From: Pseudomonadota bacterium
Lineage (GTDB): Bacteria; Desulfobacterota; Desulfobacteria; Desulfobacterales; RPRI01
Assembly (NCBI GenBank): GCA_043825875.1
Contig: JBDRRF010000079.1
Span: 1 to 64,000, forward strand
Direction of reading: 5' to 3'
Length of the DNA stretch: 64,000 bases
The notes under the pieces were generated by a model. The model did no database searches. It was not told where the DNA came from and worked only from the letters and a program-made list of their open reading frames with translations. Positions 57,498-64,000 of the stretch are shown here, in pieces. Made by a program: the position numbers and the translations under genes. Numbering within the stretch: the stretch's first letter is position 1; every line of letters begins with the position of its first letter.

Positions 57498-58301
57498 ATG
57501 TCGCAATTCTCTGTTTTAATAAATCCAATTACTGCTCTTGGAAAATGGATAATATTCATAGTCCAGGAAATGGGGCGAATAGCAATTTTCTTTTTCAAGA
57601 GTTTTTATTTGATGTTTTCCCGCCCTTTTCAAATAAAAAAGATTCTTCAGCAAATACATTTTATCGGAGCAAAATCCGTATTTGTAATATGTCTTACAGG
57701 GGCTTTTACAGGTATGGTTCTTGGCCTGCAAGGTTATCATACACTAGTAAAATTCGGCTCATCAGGATTTCTAGGCGCAGTTGTTGCTCTTTCACTTATC
57801 AGGGAGCTTGGCCCGGTACTCGCAGCCATTATGGTTACAGGAAGAGCTGGCTCTGCGATAGCTGCAGAAGTTGGCATAATGCGTATATCGGAAGAAATTG
57901 ATGCTCTTGATACAATGGACATCAATCCTCTGCGGTTTCTAGTAAGCCCCAAGCTGGCTGCTGCGCTGATAAGCATGCCGCTTCTTACTGCCCTTTTTGA
58001 TGTTATCGGTATTATCGGCGGATATATTTCGGGTTCCCTTCTGCTCGGTGTAAGCGGCAGTATATACTTTGCGCGCATAGAAACAAGTGTTGTGATGGCG
58101 GATGTAACCGGAGGTTTTATCAAATCTTTAGTTTTTGCGGCTGTTATTGTAACAATATGCTGTTTTCAGGGTTATTATACACATACCAGAAGTGAAGGTT
58201 TCGGCGCAAAAGGCGTCAGCCTTTCTACTACTTCAGCTGTTGTAATTTCCTGTGTCATTATTCTTATAACTGATTATGCATTAACATCATTACTGCTGTA
58301 G
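57498..58301 (+). CDS. mlaE: Mla ABC transporter permease
   Basis: RELGPVLAAIMVTGRAGSAIAAE, EEIDAL. Confidence 0.95.
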   Translation: MSQFSVLINPITALGKWIIFIVQEMGRIAIFFFKSFYLMFSRPFQIKKILQQIHFIGAKSVFVICLTGAFTGMVLGLQGYHTLVKFGSSGFLGAVVALSLIRELGPVLAAIMVTGRAGSAIAAEVGIMRISEEIDALDTMDINPLRFLVSPKLAAALISMPLLTALFDVIGIIGGYISGSLLLGVSGSIYFARIETSVVMADVTGGFIKSLVFAAVIVTICCFQGYYTHTRSEGFGAKGVSLSTTSAVVISCVIILITDYALTSLLL

Positions 58302-58306
58302 GGTTT

Positions 58307-59053
58307 ATGAAAGATCCTTTTATTCAATTCAAGAACGTTTATAAGAGCTTTGGTGAAAACCATGTTTTGACGGGTGCCGATCTCAGTATTTATAAAGGTG
58401 AAATCACAACCATTATAGGTAAAAGCGGAGGTGGGAAAAGCGTACTTTTAAAACATATAATAGGACTTCTTGAGCAGGATTCGGGGGCCATACTGTTTGA
58501 GGGTCGCCCTCTCTCGGATATGAAAAAAGCCGAAAAAAAAGCCTTAAAAAGAAAATGCAGTTATATGTTTCAGGGAACAGCTCTTTTTGACTCTTTAACC
58601 ATATATGAAAATATAGCCCTTCCGCTTAAAGAAACAACCCGTTTATCCGATTCCGAAATAAACAAACGGGTAAAAGATAAAATGGATCAGCTGGATCTTA
58701 ACGATATAGATGAAAAGTATCCTTCACAGCTTTCCGGAGGAATGAAAAAAAGAGTAGCTCTTGCAAGAGCTCTTGTAACAGATCCGGAAACTGTTTTATT
58801 CGATGAACCAACTACCGGGTTAGATCCTATCCGTAAAAAATCGGTACATGAGATGATATCGGATTATCAAAAGAAATTCGGGTTTACCGGAGTTGTGGTA
58901 AGTCATGACATACCTGATATTTTTCATATTTCACAACGGGTCGCAATGTTAAATGAAGGTCGCATACTTTTTGAGGGAAGCCCCGAAAATTTGGGTCAGT
59001 CCTCGGATCCTGCAGTTAAGGAATTTATCCAGGGACTTTATACCGGAAAATGA
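58307..59053 (+). CDS. mlaF: Mla ABC transporter ATPase
   Basis: GKSGGGKS, LSGGMKKRV, FDEPTTGLDP. Confidence 0.95.
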   Translation: MKDPFIQFKNVYKSFGENHVLTGADLSIYKGEITTIIGKSGGGKSVLLKHIIGLLEQDSGAILFEGRPLSDMKKAEKKALKRKCSYMFQGTALFDSLTIYENIALPLKETTRLSDSEINKRVKDKMDQLDLNDIDEKYPSQLSGGMKKRVALARALVTDPETVLFDEPTTGLDPIRKKSVHEMISDYQKKFGFTGVVVSHDIPDIFHISQRVAMLNEGRILFEGSPENLGQSSDPAVKEFIQGLYTGK

Positions 59054-59112
59054 TAATGGATGCATCCATAAGAAACAATAAAATATATTTAAGCTCTTGA
59101 GTTGGAGGAAAT

Positions 59113-59559
59113 GTGAAGAGAAAATCAATAGAAACATCGGTTGGAATATTTTTTTTACTCGGACTCATATGTGTGGGATATCTTACAATCAAGCTTGGAA
59201 AAATGGAGTTGCTAAGTGACAACAATTATCCGGTCTACGCTAAATTCAACTCCGTTTCAGGACTTAAAAAAGGCTCCCAGGTTGAGATGGCAGGCGTCAA
59301 AATCGGCACCATTGATTCCATTTCTCTGAGTAAAAAAGATGCCAGAGCACTTGTTAAAATTAAAATAGCTAATGGGATTGTTTTAACAGATGATGTTATT
59401 GCTTCGATTAAAACATCCGGATTGATCGGAGATAAATATATCAAGATCTCTCCAGGTGGTTCCGATATAGTTCTTAAATCAGGTGATACCATTACCGAAA
59501 CGGAATCAGCCGTTGATATTGAAGAGCTTATAAGCAAGTATGTTTTTGGCGGCGTTTAA
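59113..59559 (+). CDS. mlaD: MCE-domain lipid asymmetry protein
   Basis: FNSVSGLK, AGVKIG, IKTSGLIGDKYI. Confidence 0.95.
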   Translation: MKRKSIETSVGIFFLLGLICVGYLTIKLGKMELLSDNNYPVYAKFNSVSGLKKGSQVEMAGVKIGTIDSISLSKKDARALVKIKIANGIVLTDDVIASIKTSGLIGDKYIKISPGGSDIVLKSGDTITETESAVDIEELISKYVFGGV

Positions 59560-59590
59560 CAATAAGAGCCAATTTTAATAGGAGAAATGC

Positions 59591-60199
59591 GTGAAAAAAA
59601 TAATAGTTTTTACAATATTAATGATTTTTACTTTTGTTACACTTTCATTTTCTTCCGGCTTAAGCCCTTTAGATTCGCTTAAAGGTCCTGTTGATGAAGG
59701 TTTAAGCCTGTTAAAAGATCCAAAATACAAAGATGAATCTCAAAAAAAAGCCCAGCGTGAAAAAATGTGGGAAATAATTCGCAAAGCCTTTGACTTTAGA
59801 GAGCTTGGGGGTCGGGCACTTGCAGTAAACTATAGAAAATTTTCTCCCCAGCAAAGAAAAGAATTCACCGAAGTTTTTGCAGAAGTCCTGGGCAATGCAT
59901 ATCTTGATAAGATTCAAACAGGATACAGCAATGAAAAAGTAGCATATATTGATCAGGAATTTGTGACAGATAACAAGGCGGTTGTGAAAACAAAAATAAT
60001 ACAGGAAAATAAAGAAATCGCAGTTGACTACAGCATGAAGCTTATCAATAATGAATGGAAAGCATATGATATCAAAATCGAGGGCGTAAGCCTGGTTCAA
60101 AATTACAGGTCTCAGTTCAATGAAATTTTGTCAAAGGAAACCCCGGATGAACTTATAAAACGGCTCAACAAAAAGCTTAAAGACCAGGAAAAGAGTTAA
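59591..60199 (+). CDS. mlaC: periplasmic phospholipid-binding protein
   Basis: signal peptide, FDF, WKAYDIKIEGVSLVQNYRSQF. Confidence 0.93.
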   Translation: MKKIIVFTILMIFTFVTLSFSSGLSPLDSLKGPVDEGLSLLKDPKYKDESQKKAQREKMWEIIRKAFDFRELGGRALAVNYRKFSPQQRKEFTEVFAEVLGNAYLDKIQTGYSNEKVAYIDQEFVTDNKAVVKTKIIQENKEIAVDYSMKLINNEWKAYDIKIEGVSLVQNYRSQFNEILSKETPDELIKRLNKKLKDQEKS

Positions 60200-60207
60200 A
60201 AAATATT

Positions 60208-61059
60208 ATGAACAAATTACCAGCCATTATTGCTTTTACCGTGCTTTTTTTCTCTGCTAATTCTCTAATTGCATACGATCCAGATATCTGGTCATCTCCG
60301 GAATATGGCCACAAGACAATTTTAATTGCTTCCGAATCGGATAATTCCTATCAGGATTTTTTAGATGATGAGCCGGATTTTTTAAAAGAAGAACTCGAAC
60401 GGCAAGAAGAGACCATAACTATTGCCGATCCTTTGTATTATTGGAATTTTTCCATGTATTATTTTAATGACAAAATGTATTTCTGGGCTTTAAAGCCAGC
60501 CTCAGAAGCTTACCGTGCTATAACTCCAGCTATTGTAAGAACCGGGGTAGATAACTTTTTTTATAATATTAAAATGCCCATTCGTTTTGTAAATTGTATC
60601 CTGCAGGGTAGAATAGTAATCGCAGGCCATGAGCTTTTAAGATTTATGATAAACAGTACCCAGGGAATTTTAGGTTTTGATGACCCTGCAAATGATTATA
60701 CATGGCTAAAAGAAGGAAAGGAAGACCTGGGACGGACTTTTGCTGTGTATGGAATAGGCGACGGAATATATCTTGTCTGGCCTTTTTTCGGCCCTTCTAC
60801 CCTTAAAGATTCTTTCGGTATGTTTGGAGATAGATTCTTAAACCCTGTTTCATATCTTGAACCAATTGAACTGTCACTTTGTGTTACAGGTTACCAAACC
60901 CTTAACAAAACATCTTTCAAGATTGGAGATTATGAAGCATTCAAAAAAGCTTCTCTTGATCCATATGAGGGTTTAAAAAACGCTTATATCCAGAATCGCA
61001 GGAAAAATATTAATGAATCTCCGCTGAATATGCTTTCCGAAGACTTGCTGGAATGGTAA
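60208..61059 (+). CDS. mlaA: VacJ/MlaA family protein
   Basis: DPL..N..FND, RFMINST.G, EDLG.T, YLVWPFFGPSTLKD. Confidence 0.92.
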   Translation: MNKLPAIIAFTVLFFSANSLIAYDPDIWSSPEYGHKTILIASESDNSYQDFLDDEPDFLKEELERQEETITIADPLYYWNFSMYYFNDKMYFWALKPASEAYRAITPAIVRTGVDNFFYNIKMPIRFVNCILQGRIVIAGHELLRFMINSTQGILGFDDPANDYTWLKEGKEDLGRTFAVYGIGDGIYLVWPFFGPSTLKDSFGMFGDRFLNPVSYLEPIELSLCVTGYQTLNKTSFKIGDYEAFKKASLDPYEGLKNAYIQNRRKNINESPLNMLSEDLLEW

Positions 61060-61064
61060 AATAA

Positions 61065-61289
61065 TTACTGGTTCCCTAACCCGTTCTGACCTCCACAGTC
61101 AGGGCACTGCCAGGTAATTCCATTACATGACATTCCCCAGAAATTTTCTTCCATGCAGACCTGGCATATGGTGAAACCACACCTGCACCTCCAGCAAAAA
61201 GGAGCTTCCTGTTTGCAGCAGTAACAATTGCTTTCTTTTGCCTTGCGGCGTTTTTCTCTGTATGTTAGTTTAGTCGGATTATTTGTCAT
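61065..61289 (-). CDS. small Cys-rich zinc-finger (RING-like) protein
   Basis: 11 Cys in 74 aa: CYCC..CRCGFTICQVC..CPDC. Confidence 0.7.
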   Translation of the reverse strand: MTNNPTKLTYREKRRKAKESNCYCCKQEAPFCWRCRCGFTICQVCMEENFWGMSCNGITWQCPDCGGQNGLGNQ

Positions 61290-61302
61290 AGTTATAAAAA
61301 AT

Positions 61303-61407
61303 AGGGTTCAAGGTTTCCAGGGTTCGAGGGTTCAAGTGAGGATTCAGGTGATCAAATATACCTTTTTTTTTCGCTCGAACCCTTGACCACTCGAATCCTT
61401 GAACCCT
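61303..61407. repeat. octamer-based palindromic repeat
   Basis: gggttcaaggtttccagggttcgagggttcaag..ctcgaacccttgaccactcgaatccttgaaccc. Confidence 0.8.
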
Positions 61408-61457
61408 TAAACTATTACAGCAACAGCGCCCTGTCAAGGTGCTTTGGAGCCTTATAA

Positions 61458-64000
61458 ATGGTTGTTTCTGCCGAAATAAAAAACAAAGATTTAGATAAAA
61501 CCCTTTTTCTTATAGATGGAAGCGCATACATCTATCGTGCTTACCATGCAATAAGAAATCTTTCCAATTCCAAAGGGCTTCCTACAAATGCAATTTTCGG
61601 TTTCGCCCGCATTTTAATCAAGCTTATAGAAGACTGGGCACCCAAATATGTTGTTATGGTTTTTGATGCCAAAGGCCCGACCTTCAGGCATGATCTTTAT
61701 AAAGACTACAAAGCCACACGACCTCCCATGCCGGATGATTTGCAGATACAGATTCCCTATATAAAAGAAATCACAAAAGCTTTTAACCTGCCTGTTATAG
61801 AAATACAAGGTTATGAAGCTGATGATGTTATAGGCACTCTTGCACACCGGGCCGAAGACTCGGGTTTTTCATCTGTTATGGTAACAGGAGACAAAGACTT
61901 TCTACAGCTTGTAACCGATAAATCCATCATCTGGGATCCCATGAAAGACAAAGTAACCGATTTAAATTCCTTTAAGGAAGAATTCGGTCTTATGCCAAAA
62001 CAGATGATCGATGTAATGGGGCTTTCGGGAGATACCTCAGATAATGTTCCAGGAGTTCCCGGAATCGGTCCCAAAACAGCTCTTGATCTGATAAAAAATT
62101 TCGGGAGCATGAAAAACCTTTATGATAATATTGATTCAATTACCAAAAAAAAGCAGCATGAAAACCTGATCCAATTTAAAGAACAAGCGGATTTAAGCAA
62201 AAAGCTTGTAGAAATAGACACAAACGCACCTGTTGATTTTGAGCAGGATGCTTTTTGTTATAAAAAGCCGGACAACCAAAAATTATCCGCGCTGTTTCAG
62301 GAACTGGAGTTTCGACAGCTTCAGCAGAGTTTCTCCGGCCATTCGGATCTTTCAGAAAAAAAGTACAGTATTATTGATGACATAAAATCACTTTCCGAAC
62401 TAGTAGAAAGGCTTAAGACCGCAGACCATTTTGCCCTTGATACGGAAACAACATCTGAAAAACCATTGAAAGCAAAGCTTGTAGGAATATCTGTATCACT
62501 AAAAGCACACGAAGCATTTTATATCCCTCTGGCTCATGAATACGAAGGCGTGCCCAAACAGCTTGGCATGGATGAAACAATTAAAACGCTTAAAACTGTA
62601 TTTGAAAATCCTGATATAAAGAAAATAGGCCAGAACATTAAATACGACTGGATAGTGCTCAGGCGTCACGGCATTGAGCTTGCCGGAGTATATTCCGATA
62701 CAATGGTTGCATCTTATCTGATTAATCCCTCAAAGCGGGCGCACAATCTTGACCAGATAGCTCTTGATTTTCTCGGGCATAAAAAAATAACTTTTGAAGA
62801 AACGGTTGGAAAGAAAAAGCCTGAATCCGGCTTTGCTAACGTACCTTTGGAAAAGGCTGTCTCATATGCCTGTGAAGACGCTGATATCACTCTTATGGCT
62901 CACGAGGTGCTTTTACCAAAGCTAACCGAGATTGGCGTTAAAGACCTTTTTGAAAACGTTGAAATGCCTCTTATCCCTGTTCTTATGAAGATGGAAACAA
63001 ATGGAATATGTGTGGACAGAAACAGGTTATTAGAACTTTCAAAGCATTTTAAACAGCAGTTAGAAGATCTTGAAGAAAATATTTATTCAACTGCCGGAAT
63101 GACTTTTAATATCAAATCGCCACAGCAGCTTGGAGAAGTTCTTTTTGAAAAGCTTATGCTTCCGGTAAAGAAGAAAACGAAAAAAAAGACGGGTTATTCA
63201 ACTGATGTGGATGTACTGACAGAACTTGCAGAAAAGCATGAACTCCCTGCGCTTGTATTAAGGCACAGAACGCTTTCCAAGCTTAAATCAACCTATACTG
63301 ATGCACTGCTTGAAATTGCAGACCCAAAAACAGACAGAATACACACCTCATTCAACCAGACAGTAACAGCTACCGGAAGGCTTAGCAGTTCAAATCCCAA
63401 TCTTCAGAATATTCCTATAAAAACCGATGAGGGAAGAGAGATAAGAAGCGCTTTTGTCCCACAAAATGGCTGGAGTCTTATTTCAGCCGATTACTCCCAG
63501 ATAGAGCTTCGCCTTCTTGCCCATTGCGCGGAAGATGAAATACTGATCAAAGCTTTTTTAGAAGATGAAGATATTCATACAAGAACAGCTATAGAAATAT
63601 TCCAGATTTTCCCGGATTTTATAACACCTGAGTTAAGAAATCAGGCAAAGACAATAAATTTCAGCATTATATACGGGATAAGCGCTTTCAGCCTTGCAAA
63701 GGATCTTGGTATCAGCCATAAAATGGCCCAAACGTATATTGATAATTATTTTGCGGGATACAAAGGAGTAAGCAAATTTATCGAAAAAACCATTAATGAC
63801 GCGCATGAAAATAAAAAAACCTCTACACTTTTGGGGCGCATAAGACTTCTTCACGATATAGATAGCTCCAACAAAATTGTAAAAGCAGCGGCAGAGCGCA
63901 TCGCGGTTAATACTCCTATACAGGGCACAGCCGCTGATCTGATAAAGATTGCTATGATAAATATAGATAAAGCTTTTACACAAAAAAATCTTAAAAGCGC
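61458..64000 (+). CDS. polA: DNA polymerase I (runs off the window end; absent from the ORF track)
   Basis: LFLIDGSAYIYRAYHA, EADDVIGT, DNVPGVPGIGPKTA, ALDTETT, TGRLSSSNPNLQNIP, ADYSQIELR, NTPIQGTAAD. Confidence 0.97.
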   Translation, partial: MVVSAEIKNKDLDKTLFLIDGSAYIYRAYHAIRNLSNSKGLPTNAIFGFARILIKLIEDWAPKYVVMVFDAKGPTFRHDLYKDYKATRPPMPDDLQIQIPYIKEITKAFNLPVIEIQGYEADDVIGTLAHRAEDSGFSSVMVTGDKDFLQLVTDKSIIWDPMKDKVTDLNSFKEEFGLMPKQMIDVMGLSGDTSDNVPGVPGIGPKTALDLIKNFGSMKNLYDNIDSITKKKQHENLIQFKEQADLSKKLVEIDTNAPVDFEQDAFCYKKPDNQKLSALFQELEFRQLQQSFSGHSDLSEKKYSIIDDIKSLSELVERLKTADHFALDTETTSEKPLKAKLVGISVSLKAHEAFYIPLAHEYEGVPKQLGMDETIKTLKTVFENPDIKKIGQNIKYDWIVLRRHGIELAGVYSDTMVASYLINPSKRAHNLDQIALDFLGHKKITFEETVGKKKPESGFANVPLEKAVSYACEDADITLMAHEVLLPKLTEIGVKDLFENVEMPLIPVLMKMETNGICVDRNRLLELSKHFKQQLEDLEENIYSTAGMTFNIKSPQQLGEVLFEKLMLPVKKKTKKKTGYSTDVDVLTELAEKHELPALVLRHRTLSKLKSTYTDALLEIADPKTDRIHTSFNQTVTATGRLSSSNPNLQNIPIKTDEGREIRSAFVPQNGWSLISADYSQIELRLLAHCAEDEILIKAFLEDEDIHTRTAIEIFQIFPDFITPELRNQAKTINFSIIYGISAFSLAKDLGISHKMAQTYIDNYFAGYKGVSKFIEKTINDAHENKKTSTLLGRIRLLHDIDSSNKIVKAAAERIAVNTPIQGTAADLIKIAMINIDKAFTQKNLKS

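Noticed and set aside
61614..63983. Minus-strand ORFs in the ORF track
   Set aside because: Antisense to polA

Overview
AT-rich bacterial chromosome window, most consistent with a sulfate-reducing Desulfobacterales-type organism (inferred from gene content and repeat families). (1) 0.2-14.2 kb: a probably sigma54-driven heterodisulfide-reductase-like redox operon. It encodes a QmoC/HdrD-like fusion, an HdrA with a GltD-like NAD(P)H module, MvhD, an FdhB/FrhB-like subunit, a double HdrA carrying an in-frame response-regulator receiver domain, and two histidine kinases. (2) 14.2-22 kb: metal-cofactor genes and tex, with many palindromic repeats. (3) 22.3-27 kb: an accessory island with an RHS remnant, higBA, orphan immunity-like ORFs separated by three ~190-bp inverted-repeat elements, and an IS3 remnant. 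An ADP-ribosylglycohydrolase gene and tRNA-Pro(GGG) follow. (4) 30.4-55.9 kb: a 26-gene type II PKS/FAS lipid cluster (aryl-polyene/ladderane-island-like) with three B12-radical SAM enzymes. (5) 56.4-64 kb: a Crp regulator, mlaEFDCA, a small RING-like Cys-rich protein and truncated polA. All calls come from motif recognition by eye; no searches were run.
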